From Acidimicrobiia bacterium (GTDB lineage Bacteria; Actinomycetota; Acidimicrobiia; IMCC26256; JACDBD01): a stretch of DNA of 59,982 nucleotides. Below the pieces are notes generated by a model. The model did no database searches. It was not told where the DNA came from and worked only from the letters and a program-made list of their open reading frames with translations. This document shows positions 11,823-21,790 of the stretch, one piece after another. Position 1 is the stretch's first letter; every line of letters begins with the position of its first letter. Location: the NCBI GenBank assembly GCA_035316005.1, contig DATFXK010000008.1:1-59982 (forward strand). Direction: 5' to 3'. Made by a program: the position numbers and the translations under genes.

Positions 11823-12457
11823 GCGCCCCGGTGAACCTGTGGACCGAATCGGCGTGGGCGCAGCGGTACCTGCGCGAGCGCGACGACATCCCGCACCGGA
11901 TGGAGGGATTCGCCGTGCTCATGGAGCTCATGCCACCGGCGCCCCGGCGCGTGCTCGACCTCGGCACCGGTGATGGGTTCACTCTCGGTCTCGTACGGCA
12001 CACCCATCCGGAGGCGGAAGGAGTCGGCGTCGACTTCTCGGCCGAGATGCTGGCGCTGGCTCGGCGGCGCTTCGCCGGCGACCCCGGCATCGAGATCATC
12101 GAGCACGATCTCGACCGTCCGCTCCCGAACCTCGGGCACTTCGACCTCGTCGTGTCGAGCTTCGCGATCCATCACTGCGTCGACGAGCGCAAGCGCGCGC
12201 TGTACAGCGAGGTCTTCCGGGCCCTCGAGCCCGGAGGCCGCTTCCTCAACCTCGAGCACGTCGACTCGGCGACGCCGCAGCTGCACGTCGCCTTCCTCGC
12301 CGCGATCGGCAAGACGCCGGCGGAGGACGATCCGTCGAACAAGCTGGTCGCCGTGCACACGCAGCTGGCGTGGCTGCGTGAAATCGGCTTCGTGCAGGTC
12401 GACTGCCACTGGAAGTGGCGCGAGCTCGCCCTGCTGGCGGGGGTGAAACCGGGCTAG
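11819..12457 (+). CDS. class I SAM-dependent methyltransferase
   Basis: VLDLGTGDG motif I. 212 aa. Its start overlaps the leuA stop (ATGA). Confidence 0.8.
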
Positions 12458-12825
12458 GACCGGGAAGGCTGCGCCGCTGGCACCCCGAACGACAGCACGG
12501 GCTGCTTCCGCCCGCGCTGCTGCTCGAGCCTCTGATGCACGGGGTGTCCGTGTGCCAGCAGCTCGTCGACGGCCCACCGGCGGAGCTGCCGCACGCGCCG
12601 CCGGCGGGATCGCCCACCGTTCGCGCGGGCGACGGCGAGGGCGATGCGGAACCGGACGCGGGCGTCCTCCTCCCTTTGGAGGTAGCGGGCGAGGACGATG
12701 GCCGACCGGCGCGTGAGCCCGGCGTTCACCAAGGCGGTGGCGGCGCCGGTGCGCTCGGTCGGGTCGTACGACTCAAGACGGCGCCGGCAGGCGCGGAGCT
12801 CGCGGCGGCGCAGTCGTCCGAGCAT
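12454..12825 (-). CDS. hypothetical Arg-rich helical protein
   Basis: 123-aa ORF. Codon-by-codon reading shows almost exclusively G/C in third positions, as in the real genes here. No motif recognised. Confidence 0.5.
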   Translation of the reverse strand: MLGRLRRRELRACRRRLESYDPTERTGAATALVNAGLTRRSAIVLARYLQREEDARVRFRIALAVARANGGRSRRRRVRQLRRWAVDELLAHGHPVHQRLEQQRGRKQPVLSFGVPAAQPSRS

Positions 12826-12879
12826 GGGAAACCAGTATCGGGCGCGCGGCGCCTCGATCAGCGGATTTCGCGGAAAGCC

Positions 12880-13479
12880 CTAGGCGGTGGGCACCTTCGG
12901 GGCCCACGCCGGCCGGCGGGACTCGTAGACGCCGATCTCGTCGCCGTGCTGCAGGGTGAGCCCGATGTCGTCGAGGCCGTGCAGCAACCGATGGTGCGTG
13001 TGATCGTCCAGCTCGAACGGCTCGTCGAGGTCGATCGCGGGGACCGCCACGCGCCGGTCCACGACGTCGATCACGATCTCGACGGACGGGTCGTCCTCGA
13101 CCGTCCGCATGATGCGCGTCACGACGTCCTGTGGCACCTCGACCGGCAACAGGCCGATCTTGAAGCAGTTGTTACGGAAGATGTCGGCGAAGCGCGGCGA
13201 GATGACCGCCTGGAACCCGTAGTCATCGAGCGCCCACACCGCGTGCTCGCGCGAGGAGCCCGTCCCGAAGTTCGGGCCCGCCACCAAGATTTTCGCGTCG
13301 CGAAAGCGATCCTGGTTGAGCACGAAGTCGGATCGCTCGCGCCACTCCGAGAACAATCCCTCGCCGAAGCCGGTGCGCTCGACACGTTTCAGCCAGTCGC
13401 TCGGGATGATCTGATCGGTGTCGACGTCGGAGCGGTCCAACGGGACGCCGCGGGCGACGATCTCACGCACGGCCTGCAT
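12880..13479 (-). CDS. leuD: 3-isopropylmalate dehydratase small subunit
   Basis: [26 protein letters not shown]...GPNFGTGSSREHA. Its start overlaps the leuC stop by 1 nt. Confidence 0.9.
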   Translation of the reverse strand: MQAVREIVARGVPLDRSDVDTDQIIPSDWLKRVERTGFGEGLFSEWRERSDFVLNQDRFRDAKILVAGPNFGTGSSREHAVWALDDYGFQAVISPRFADIFRNNCFKIGLLPVEVPQDVVTRIMRTVEDDPSVEIVIDVVDRRVAVPAIDLDEPFELDDHTHHRLLHGLDDIGLTLQHGDEIGVYESRRPAWAPKVPTA

Positions 13480-14882
13480 CAGTCGAGGTCCTCCGGGGTC
13501 GTGAAGCGGCCGGTGACTGCGGTCGCGGCCGCGACCGCAGGCGACACGAGGTGCGTGCGACCGCCCTTGCCCTGCCGGCCCTCGAAGTTGCGATTCGAGG
13601 TCGACGCGCATCGCTCGCCGGGCGACAGCTTGTCGGGGTTCATGGCGAGGCACATCGAGCACCCGGCTTCCGAGCGCCAGTCGAATCCGGCGTCGACGAA
13701 CACGCGGTCGAGTCCCTCGGCCTCCGACGCCGCCTTCACCGCCATCGAGCCGGGCACCACCATGGCCCGTATCCCGTCGCGCACCTGCCGGCCGCGGACG
13801 ACGTCGGCGGCGGCGCGCAGGTCCTCGACACGGGAGTTCGTGCACGAGCCGATGAACACCGTGTCGACCTCGATCTCACGGATCGGCGTGCCGGCCCTCA
13901 ACCCCATGTAGCCGAGGGCGCGCCGGGCCGCGTCACGATCTGACGGGTCACCGAAAGACTCGGGATCGGGCACGACGTCTTCGATCGTCGTCGTCTGACT
14001 CGGATTCGTACCCCAGCTCACCGACGGCCGGATCTCGGCCGCGTCGAGCACGACCTCCTTGTCGAAGACCGCGTCGTCGTCGGTCGGGAGCGTGCGCCAG
14101 TCGTCGACGGCGCGTTCCCAGTCCGTTCCCGTCGGCGCGAACGGCCGGCCCTCGAGGAACGCGAACGTGGTGTCGTCGGGCGCGATCATTCCTGCGCGGG
14201 CGCCGGCTTCGATCGACATGTTGCACACGGTCATGCGGCCCTCCATCGAGAGCGACCGAACGGCCGAGCCGCGGTACTCGATGATCGAACCGATGCCGCC
14301 GCCGGTGCCGATGCGGGCGATGATCGACAGAACGAGATCCTTGGCCGTCACACCGGCGTCCAGCATGCCGTCGACGGTGACGGCCATCGTGCCCGGCTTC
14401 ACCTGCGGGAGCGTCTGCGTCGCGAGCACGTGCTCGACCTCGCTGGTGCCGATGCCGAAAGCGAGCGCACCGAAGGCCCCGTGCGTCGAGGTATGGCTGT
14501 CCCCGCACACGATCGTCAGCCCGGGCTGCGTCAGCCCCTGCTCGGGTCCGATGACGTGGACGATGCCCCGTCCCGGATCGCCCATCCCGTACAGGCGGAT
14601 GCCGAACTCGGCGCAGTTCCGGGCCAGCACGTCCATCTGCTTGGCCGAGATGGGGTCCTCCACGGGGCGGTCGCGGCTCGTGGTCGGGTTGTTGTGGTCG
14701 ATCGTCGAGATGGTGAGGTCGGGGCGGCGGACGGCCCGGCCGTGGAGGCGCAGCCCGTCGAACGCCTGCGGGGAGGTGACCTCGTGCACGAGGTGCAGGT
14801 CCACGTAGAGCAGGTCGGGTTCGCCTGCGGCCCGGTGCACCACGTGGCGCTCCCACACCTTCTCGGACAGCGTCTGGCTCAT
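13479..14882 (-). CDS. leuC: 3-isopropylmalate dehydratase large subunit
   Basis: [13 protein letters not shown]...[13 protein letters not shown]...[14 protein letters not shown]...GSCTNSR aconitase-family Fe-S motifs. 467 aa. The ORF-track start at 15179 is an upstream extension. Confidence 0.9.
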   Translation of the reverse strand: MSQTLSEKVWERHVVHRAAGEPDLLYVDLHLVHEVTSPQAFDGLRLHGRAVRRPDLTISTIDHNNPTTSRDRPVEDPISAKQMDVLARNCAEFGIRLYGMGDPGRGIVHVIGPEQGLTQPGLTIVCGDSHTSTHGAFGALAFGIGTSEVEHVLATQTLPQVKPGTMAVTVDGMLDAGVTAKDLVLSIIARIGTGGGIGSIIEYRGSAVRSLSMEGRMTVCNMSIEAGARAGMIAPDDTTFAFLEGRPFAPTGTDWERAVDDWRTLPTDDDAVFDKEVVLDAAEIRPSVSWGTNPSQTTTIEDVVPDPESFGDPSDRDAARRALGYMGLRAGTPIREIEVDTVFIGSCTNSRVEDLRAAADVVRGRQVRDGIRAMVVPGSMAVKAASEAEGLDRVFVDAGFDWRSEAGCSMCLAMNPDKLSPGERCASTSNRNFEGRQGKGGRTHLVSPAVAAATAVTGRFTTPEDLD

Positions 14883-14971
14883 CCGGCCCAGGGTATTGGG
14901 GGATGCCGGCCAACAAACACCGTTCACCACAGCGAAACAGTCGCGAAACACGATCCCCGTACCGTCCCACC

Positions 14972-15475
14972 ATGGACGTCGTGCTCGTGCGCTGGCCGGA
15001 GGAAGACACCCGCCTGCAGCAACTGCGCGAGGACGGATCACCCCGGCTGCTGCTCCTGAACGGCGAGTCGGGGCCGCCGGAATCGGACGACTGCCTCGAG
15101 GACTGGATCCGGCTGCCGGCCGACGACCGTGACGTGCGGGCGCGCGTCGCCCGGCTCGCGACCCGGGCCGAGACGGCACGGCCCGAGCCCCAGGTCGACG
15201 GCGACAGGCTCCTTCGCTATCGGGGGCGATGGGTCGCGCTGTCCCCCGTCGAAGGCGCCCTCGCGGCCACGCTCGTCGACCGCTTCGGCGCCGTCGTCGG
15301 CCGCGACACGCTGGCGCGACGCGCGTGGCCCGCTGGCATGCCCACTCGCAACGCGCTCGACGTGCACATGCTGCGGCTGCGGCGCCGCATCGCGTCGATC
15401 GGCGTGGAGGTCCGCACCGTCCGCTCCCGCGGCTACCTCATGCAGGCGGCGAAACCCCGAGCCGACGCGCAGTAA
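14972..15475 (+). CDS. winged-helix (OmpR/PhoB C-terminal type) transcriptional regulator with short degenerate N-terminal domain
   Basis: Starts [12 protein letters not shown]. The C-terminal part [25 protein letters not shown]...[12 protein letters not shown]...VRSRGYLM resembles the trans_reg_C DNA-binding domain. The N-terminal domain is only about 65 aa. Confidence 0.6.
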   Translation: MDVVLVRWPEEDTRLQQLREDGSPRLLLLNGESGPPESDDCLEDWIRLPADDRDVRARVARLATRAETARPEPQVDGDRLLRYRGRWVALSPVEGALAATLVDRFGAVVGRDTLARRAWPAGMPTRNALDVHMLRLRRRIASIGVEVRTVRSRGYLMQAAKPRADAQ

Positions 15476-15539
15476 CCGCACTCCGTCGGCGCCGGCTCTT
15501 GCGCCGCAACGGCCGGTGACGGCGCGCGACCCTGGAGGC

Positions 15540-17336
15540 ATGCGCGTCGGCGTCGACACAGGGGGGACGTTCACCGACCTGGTGGGCGACGACGGTCGCG
15601 TAGTCAAGGTGCCGTCGACGCCGGACGACCCGACACGCGCACTCACGACGGCGCTCGACGATTCCGGCGCGGGGAGGTCCGCCGAGCTGCTGGCGCACGG
15701 CACCACGGTGGCGACGAACGCGTTGCTCGAGGGACGGGGTGGGCGCGTCGCGCTCGTGAGCACGCGCGGTCTCGCCGACGTGATCGAGATCGCTCGCCAG
15801 GTCCGGCCGTCGCTCTACGACCCGATGGCCGATCGTCCCCGGCCCCTCGTCGGACGCGACCTGCGCGTCGAGGTCGGCGGCCGGCTCGACGGGCGCGGCC
15901 GCGAGATCCAAAAGCTCGATCCGGCCACCATTCCTGCGATCCCAGCGGGAGTCGACGCCGTCGCGGTGTGCCTGTTGCACGCCGACCTGGACCCCGCGCA
16001 CGAGCAGCTCGTCGCCAAGGAGCTTGCGGCCCGCGGGCTCGACGTGACGTGTTCGCACGAGGTCTCGCCGGAGTTCCGCGAGTACGAGCGCGTCGTCACG
16101 ACCGTGATCAACGCGATCCTGCGACCGGCGTGCCGCGATTACCTGCTCGGGCTCGACGTGCTCGCACGCCACGCGCTGGTGATGACGTCCGAGGGCGGCC
16201 TGGTGCCGGCGGCGGATGTCTCGGAGCGACCGGCCTCGCTGCTGCTCTCGGGGCCGGCCGGTGGCGCCCGAGCGGCGGCGGCGATCGCGTCGGCGTGCGG
16301 CTATCCCGACGCCGTGTCGTTCGACATGGGCGGCACCAGCACCGACGTGTGCCTCGTGCGTGGCGGCATCCCCGAGCCGGCGCCCTCGCGCATCGTGGCG
16401 GGTTATCCGGTCCGGCTGCCCGCGCTCGACATCCACACGATCGGCGCCGGCGGCGGCTCCATCGCCCGCCTGGATCCCGGCGGGGCGCTGGTCGTCGGGC
16501 CCGAGAGTGCCGGCGCCGACCCGGGTCCCGCCTGCTACGGGCGCGGCGGTGACCAGCCGACCGTGACCGATGCCGACCTGCTGCTCGGACGGATAGCCGC
16601 CGACGCCGCGTTCCCCGGCCTCGGCCGCCTCGATGTCGACGCCGCCCGGCACGCCCTGGGCCGTGCCCGAGCGGCTGCCGGCGGCGTCGTCGCCGTCGTC
16701 GACGCTGCGATGGAGCGGGCCGTCCGTGTCGTCAGTGTCGAGCGCGGCGTCGACGCGCGCGACCTGGCGCTCGTCGCGTTCGGCGGTGCCGGCCCGCTCC
16801 ACGCGTGTGCCATCGCCGACGCCCTCGGCATGCGCGCCGTCATCATCCCGCCGCGCGCAGGCGTGTTGTCCGCTGTCGGTCTCGTGTGCTCGCCGCGTCA
16901 GCGCGAGCTCGCCCGTTCCTGGCCCGACCCGCTCGACCACTCGTCTGTCGCCTCCGCCCTCGACCGCCTCGCCGACGAAGCCGCCGCACTGGTCGGGGGA
17001 GACGATGCCGATGCCGGCGACGTCGAGGTCGAACGGCTGGTCGACTGCCGGTACACCGGGCAGAGCCACGAGCTCACCGTCCCCAGCCCGGACGCCTTTC
17101 CCGCCGAGCACGAGCGCCGCAACGGCTTCACCAGGCCCGGCGCCCCCGTCGAGGTCGTGGCTCTGCGCGTGCGCGCGCGTCGTCCCGCACTGCTGACGCC
17201 GGACCGGCTCCCCGACGTGTCACGGCGCGCCGTGCGCGGTCCCGACGTCGTCGCCGAGCCCGACTGCACGGTGTGGGTTCCGGATGGCTGGCAAGCCGAC
17301 CCGGGACCGCTCGGGGCGTGGGTGGTGCACCGATGA
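15540..17336 (+). CDS. hydantoinase/oxoprolinase family protein, A subunit
   Basis: MRVGVDTGGTFTDLV start and a second GGTSTDV ATPase block, as in the HyuA/OplA family. 598 aa. Confidence 0.85.
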   Translation: MRVGVDTGGTFTDLVGDDGRVVKVPSTPDDPTRALTTALDDSGAGRSAELLAHGTTVATNALLEGRGGRVALVSTRGLADVIEIARQVRPSLYDPMADRPRPLVGRDLRVEVGGRLDGRGREIQKLDPATIPAIPAGVDAVAVCLLHADLDPAHEQLVAKELAARGLDVTCSHEVSPEFREYERVVTTVINAILRPACRDYLLGLDVLARHALVMTSEGGLVPAADVSERPASLLLSGPAGGARAAAAIASACGYPDAVSFDMGGTSTDVCLVRGGIPEPAPSRIVAGYPVRLPALDIHTIGAGGGSIARLDPGGALVVGPESAGADPGPACYGRGGDQPTVTDADLLLGRIAADAAFPGLGRLDVDAARHALGRARAAAGGVVAVVDAAMERAVRVVSVERGVDARDLALVAFGGAGPLHACAIADALGMRAVIIPPRAGVLSAVGLVCSPRQRELARSWPDPLDHSSVASALDRLADEAAALVGGDDADAGDVEVERLVDCRYTGQSHELTVPSPDAFPAEHERRNGFTRPGAPVEVVALRVRARRPALLTPDRLPDVSRRAVRGPDVVAEPDCTVWVPDGWQADPGPLGAWVVHR

Positions 17337-18880
17337 GCTTGGACCCGGCGTCGCTGCAGGTGCTGATCTCGCGCTTGACCGGGATCGCGGACGAGATGGG
17401 TGCGGTCCTGCGGCGCTCCGCGTACAGCCCGAACATCAAGGAGCGGGCCGACTGCTCGGCGGCGTTGTTCACCGCCGCCGGGGAGCTCCTCGTGCAAGCC
17501 GAGCACATCCCGGTCCATCTCGGCTCGATGCCGGCTTCGGTGCGCGCCGCGATCGACGCGCTGGGCGACCGCGTCCGTCCCGACCAGCAGGTCGTGCTCA
17601 ACGATCCGTTCGCTGGTGGTACCCACCTCAACGACGTGACGCTCGTGGCGCCGTGCTTCGTCGACGGCCGCCTCGTCGGCTGGGCGGCGAACCGCGCCCA
17701 CCACGCCGACCTGGGCGGCATGGCGCCCGGGTCGATGCCGCCCGAGGCCGTCGACATCCAGCAGGAGGGTTTGCGGGTACCGCCGGTGCTGCTCACGCCG
17801 GACGTCGCCGAGCTGGTCGTCACGAGCTCCCGCACGCCGGACGAGCGGAGGGGCGATCTCGACGCCCAGCAAGGCGCCAACAGGCGCGGCGCGGCGCGCC
17901 TGACCGAGCTCGTCGAGCAACTCGACTCCATTGCTCCCCTCACAGAGGTCGTCGACTACGGGGAGCGCCGCATGCGTGCCGCGCTGACGGCCCTACCGGA
18001 CGGACGGTTCCGCTTCGAGGACGTGCTCGACTCGGCAGGTCCGCGCCCGGAGCAGCAATCGCCGACGCCGGTCGTCGTGACCCTCCGCGTCGACGGTGAC
18101 ACCGCGACGTTCGACTTCACGGGGACCGGCTCGCAGCGAGCGGGCAACGTCAACGCGGTCGAGGCGGTGACGGTCAGCGCCGTCGCGTTCGCACTGCGCT
18201 CGGCCACCGACCCGTCGATCCCCGCCAATGGAGGAGCGATGCGTCCGGTCACGGTCACTGCCCCGGCCGGAACGGTGGTGGCCGCGCGCCCGCCGGCGGC
18301 GGTCGGCGCCGGCAACGTCGAGGTGAGTCAACGCGTGGCCGACGTCTGCCTCGGCGCCCTCGCGCACGCCGCGCCCGGCCGGCTCGGCGCGGCGGGACAG
18401 GGGACGATGAACAACGTGCTGATCGGCGGCGATGGCTGGGTCTACTACGAGACCGTCGGCGGAGGGCAGGGCGGGCGGCCCGGGAAACCCGGCATGAGCG
18501 GCGTGCACACGGCGATGACCAACACGCGTGACACGCCCGTCGAAGCACTCGAACGTGCCCTGCCGATCCGGGTCCACCGGTACGGGCTGCGCGAGCGGAG
18601 CGGCGGCGACGGCGCCTCGCCCGGCGGCGACGGCATCGAACGCGAGCTCGAGCTCCTCGAGCCGGCGACGCTGTCGCTCGTGACCGAACGGCGCGTCAGC
18701 CGTCCCTGGGGTCTTTACGGAGGTGAGCCGGGATCGTCGGGTCAGAACTGGCTGCTTCCCGGCGGTGACCGGTCTCGGGCGGAGCGGCTCGCCGACAAGT
18801 GCACCGTCGACCTCGCCGCCGGCGACGTCCTCCGGCTCCTCACGCCGGGCGGCGGCGGCTACGGAGCGAGCCCTCGCTGA
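17333..18880 (+). CDS. hydantoinase B/oxoprolinase family protein
   Basis: MSLDPASLQVLISRLTGIADEM...SPNIKERADCS...ND PFAGGTHLNDV are HyuB-type blocks. Its start overlaps the A-subunit stop (ATGA). Confidence 0.85.
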   Translation: MSLDPASLQVLISRLTGIADEMGAVLRRSAYSPNIKERADCSAALFTAAGELLVQAEHIPVHLGSMPASVRAAIDALGDRVRPDQQVVLNDPFAGGTHLNDVTLVAPCFVDGRLVGWAANRAHHADLGGMAPGSMPPEAVDIQQEGLRVPPVLLTPDVAELVVTSSRTPDERRGDLDAQQGANRRGAARLTELVEQLDSIAPLTEVVDYGERRMRAALTALPDGRFRFEDVLDSAGPRPEQQSPTPVVVTLRVDGDTATFDFTGTGSQRAGNVNAVEAVTVSAVAFALRSATDPSIPANGGAMRPVTVTAPAGTVVAARPPAAVGAGNVEVSQRVADVCLGALAHAAPGRLGAAGQGTMNNVLIGGDGWVYYETVGGGQGGRPGKPGMSGVHTAMTNTRDTPVEALERALPIRVHRYGLRERSGGDGASPGGDGIERELELLEPATLSLVTERRVSRPWGLYGGEPGSSGQNWLLPGGDRSRAERLADKCTVDLAAGDVLRLLTPGGGGYGASPR

Positions 18881-18899
18881 CCAGCTTCATCGGCTCGCG

Positions 18900-19376
18900 T
18901 CACCCGGCGGGACGCACGCTCACGACTTCGACCTGCAGCGTCTTGCGCGGCGCGTCATAGCTCACGATCTCGCCCGGCCCGTGACCGAGCAGTGCCTGGC
19001 CGAGCGGCGAGCCCGTCGAGAGGACGTCGTAGGTGTCGTGACGCTCCTCGATCGATCCGACGAGGTACGAGGTGGTCTCGTCGTCGCCTTGCATTCGCAC
19101 CTCGACCACGGTGCCCGGTTCCACGACGTCCCCGGCTGGTCCCTCGACCTCGACGGCGCGTCGCAACATGTCCTGCAGCTGACGTATCCGGGCCTCGTTG
19201 TGGCCCTGGTCGTTCTTCGCCGCGTCGTAGTCGGCGTTCTCCCGGATGTCGCCATGCTCGCGGGCCCGCTCGAGCCAGGCGGAGATCTCCCGGCGATGTT
19301 CCCCCGACCGCCACTCGAGCTCGTCCTCGAGCCGGCGGCGCGCATCGGTAGACAGGTGCAGCTCGTCCATGGGCAA
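18900..19376 (-). CDS. greA: transcription elongation factor GreA
   Basis: 158 aa. GDIRENADYDAAKNDQG coiled-coil tip motif and a C-terminal globular domain. The start could be the second Met (MDELHL). Confidence 0.85.
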   Translation of the reverse strand: MPMDELHLSTDARRRLEDELEWRSGEHRREISAWLERAREHGDIRENADYDAAKNDQGHNEARIRQLQDMLRRAVEVEGPAGDVVEPGTVVEVRMQGDDETTSYLVGSIEERHDTYDVLSTGSPLGQALLGHGPGEIVSYDAPRKTLQVEVVSVRPAG

Positions 19377-19426
19377 GAGATGCTACCGCCGCGCCCCACG
19401 TCCGAAACCGGGCCCGGCGGCAACGA

Positions 19427-20116
19427 TCACGCCTTCCGGAAGAAGATCTGGAACTCCATGTCCCCTTGGTCGTCGATGCTGGCCACCACCGGTGACGACG
19501 GCGCTTGGATCCCGTAGTCGGCGAACACGACGTGGAGCCGACCGACGACCTGCACATCACGGCCGTCCCATCGCCCCTCGACCGGGATCTCTACCTGCTT
19601 GGTCACGCCGTGAAGAGTGAAGTCGCCTTTCGCCGTCGTCGTGACCGTCTCACCCGTGGCAGGGAGCGTCGGCTCCTCGATCGGCTGGGTGAGCACGAAT
19701 TTCGCCTCGGGGAAGCGATTCGACTCGAGGCCGCGATCCTTGATGGCGTTGTCGCGCTGGCTGCGGTCCGACGTCAACGTCCGGAGATCGGCCGTCACGT
19801 CGACACCCTTCACGGTCGTGCCGGTGATCGTGAACGAGCCCGTGATGTCGCTGGTGCGCCCGGTCGCGGTCTGGTCGATCGCCCCACCGACCAGCTGTTC
19901 CTGCACGCGATAGCCGACGAAGCTATTCGTGTCGCCGGGAGCGACCCGGTAGGTCCCGTCGAGCGTTCCTCCGCTTACGGTGGTCGTCTTGGTGATCTTG
20001 GCGGGCGGCTTCGGATTGCTCTCGATGAAGAGCTTGTAGCCGAGGAACAATCCGCCACCGACGATCACGACGACGCCGAAGGCCGCGGCGATCAGGATCT
20101 TCGTGAGCCGGCTCAT
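19427..20116 (-). CDS. YceI family protein with N-terminal membrane anchor
   Basis: 229 aa with an N-terminal TM helix. GDFTLHGVTKQVEIPVEG is a typical YceI lipid/polyisoprenoid-binding block. Confidence 0.7.
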   Translation of the reverse strand: MSRLTKILIAAAFGVVVIVGGGLFLGYKLFIESNPKPPAKITKTTTVSGGTLDGTYRVAPGDTNSFVGYRVQEQLVGGAIDQTATGRTSDITGSFTITGTTVKGVDVTADLRTLTSDRSQRDNAIKDRGLESNRFPEAKFVLTQPIEEPTLPATGETVTTTAKGDFTLHGVTKQVEIPVEGRWDGRDVQVVGRLHVVFADYGIQAPSSPVVASIDDQGDMEFQIFFRKA

Positions 20117-20231
20117 CCACCCTCCCGCGATCGGGTCGTGTCACGGTACGGGATGTATACGGGCGAAGGGCATCAGGGGTTCGGCGACCTTCTCACGGTT
20201 GCTTCATGCGGCCGTGCCTATTCACGCGGCC

Positions 20232-21788
20232 GTGAACCGGCGTCAGTTCCTGGTCGGCGCAGCCGCGCTGGGCGCGGCGGCCGTCGGCGCGGTGATCGGG
20301 ATCGACGAGCTGCTCCCGGGCGGGTCGGCGCGTGCTCATCATCGAGCCCGGCGAACCGCGAGCCCGCGTTCCACGACCGCGGCTCCGCGCGTCCCCTCGG
20401 ACGCACTTCATTCCGAGTGGGTTGCCGAGGAGAACGCCAAGCAGGGAACCGGCGACTGGCAGATCACGGGGCCGGCCGAGGGCGACGCCATCGAGAGCTT
20501 CGCGAGTGCCGTCAGCGCGACCCACGGGGAGAAGGTGACGCTGTTCGTGTCAACGGGAGCGAAAGAGTTCCATGTCGAGGCGTACCGAATGGGGTGGTAC
20601 GACGGCAAAGGCGGCCGGCTCGTCTGGACGTCCGAGAACGTTCCCGGGACGCGTCAGGCACCCGCGAAGGTCACCCCGGGGGTGAACCTCGTCGAAGCTC
20701 CCTGGGAGCCATCGCTCGTGGTGTCCGTCGACGAGTCCTGGCCGCCCGGCTGCTATCTCCTCAAGCTCGTCGCCCCCGCTGAAGGAGTGCAGCGCTGGGT
20801 ACCGCTGACCGTCCGCGACGATGCGAGCCACTCGGCGTTCCTCATGATGAATGCGATCACCGAGTGGCAGGCGTACAACGAATGGGGCGGGTACTCCCTG
20901 TATTTCGGGCGAGGGCTCGGCGGGCGAACGTTCGCGAACCGCGGTCGGATCGTGACCTTCGACCGCCCTTATGACCAACTCGGGGGCGCGGGCGACTTCG
21001 TCGGGCTCGAACTGCCACTCGTGCAGCTGCTGGAAGGCCGGGCGTACGACGTGAGCTACACGACGAGCGTCGACTTCCACCGTCGCCCCGACCTCGTGCT
21101 GCAGCACCGCGCGCTCCTGTCTCCCGGGCACGATGAGTACTGGTCGAAGCCGATGCGCGACGGCGCCGAGGCGGCGCGCGACCACGGCGTGAACATCGCC
21201 TTCTTCGGCGCCAACGCCGCGTACCGCCAGATCCGCTTCGAGCCGTCCCCCGTCGGGTCCGACCGCCGTCAGGTCTGCTACAAGTCCGCACACGAGGATC
21301 CGATGAACACCGTGGACCCCTCGGTCGTAACGGTGAACTGGCGCGACGCGCCGGTGAACCGGCCCGAGAACGCCCTCATCGGACAGCAGTACAAATGCAA
21401 TCCCGTCCGCGACGACATGGTCATCGTGGATCCGGGGGCGTGGATGTTCGAGGGGACCGGCGTCACGATGAACCAGCGCCTGCCGACGGTGATCGGCCCC
21501 GAATGCGACGCCTACGTGCCCGGCCGGCAGGTGCCGCCGAACGTGCAGATCCTCGCCCACTCGCCCGTCAAGTGCGGCGGGTTCTCCGACATGACGTACT
21601 ACAGCGCGCCCAGCGGCGCCGGCGTCTTCGCGTCCGGCTCGATCTGGTGGATCACTAAGGTGACGCCCCCCGGCCCCGGCTCACCCTTCGACCCGATCGT
21701 GACCGCCACCACCGAGAACATCCTGCGTGTTTTCGGCTCCGGTCCCGCCGGCACAACCCACCCGTCGCAACCAAAACCGATTGGCTGA
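20232..21788 (+). CDS. Tat-exported N,N-dimethylformamidase beta-subunit-like domain protein
   Basis: NRRQFLVGAAALGAAAV twin-arginine signal. ITEWQAYNEWGGYSLY...PGHDEYWS...NIAFFGANAAYRQIRFE blocks match my recollection of the DMFase large-subunit-like family. Start uncertain: GTG 20232 or 20214, or ORF-track 20103. Confidence 0.6.
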   Translation: MNRRQFLVGAAALGAAAVGAVIGIDELLPGGSARAHHRARRTASPRSTTAAPRVPSDALHSEWVAEENAKQGTGDWQITGPAEGDAIESFASAVSATHGEKVTLFVSTGAKEFHVEAYRMGWYDGKGGRLVWTSENVPGTRQAPAKVTPGVNLVEAPWEPSLVVSVDESWPPGCYLLKLVAPAEGVQRWVPLTVRDDASHSAFLMMNAITEWQAYNEWGGYSLYFGRGLGGRTFANRGRIVTFDRPYDQLGGAGDFVGLELPLVQLLEGRAYDVSYTTSVDFHRRPDLVLQHRALLSPGHDEYWSKPMRDGAEAARDHGVNIAFFGANAAYRQIRFEPSPVGSDRRQVCYKSAHEDPMNTVDPSVVTVNWRDAPVNRPENALIGQQYKCNPVRDDMVIVDPGAWMFEGTGVTMNQRLPTVIGPECDAYVPGRQVPPNVQILAHSPVKCGGFSDMTYYSAPSGAGVFASGSIWWITKVTPPGPGSPFDPIVTATTENILRVFGSGPAGTTHPSQPKPIG

Positions 21789-21790
21789 AG

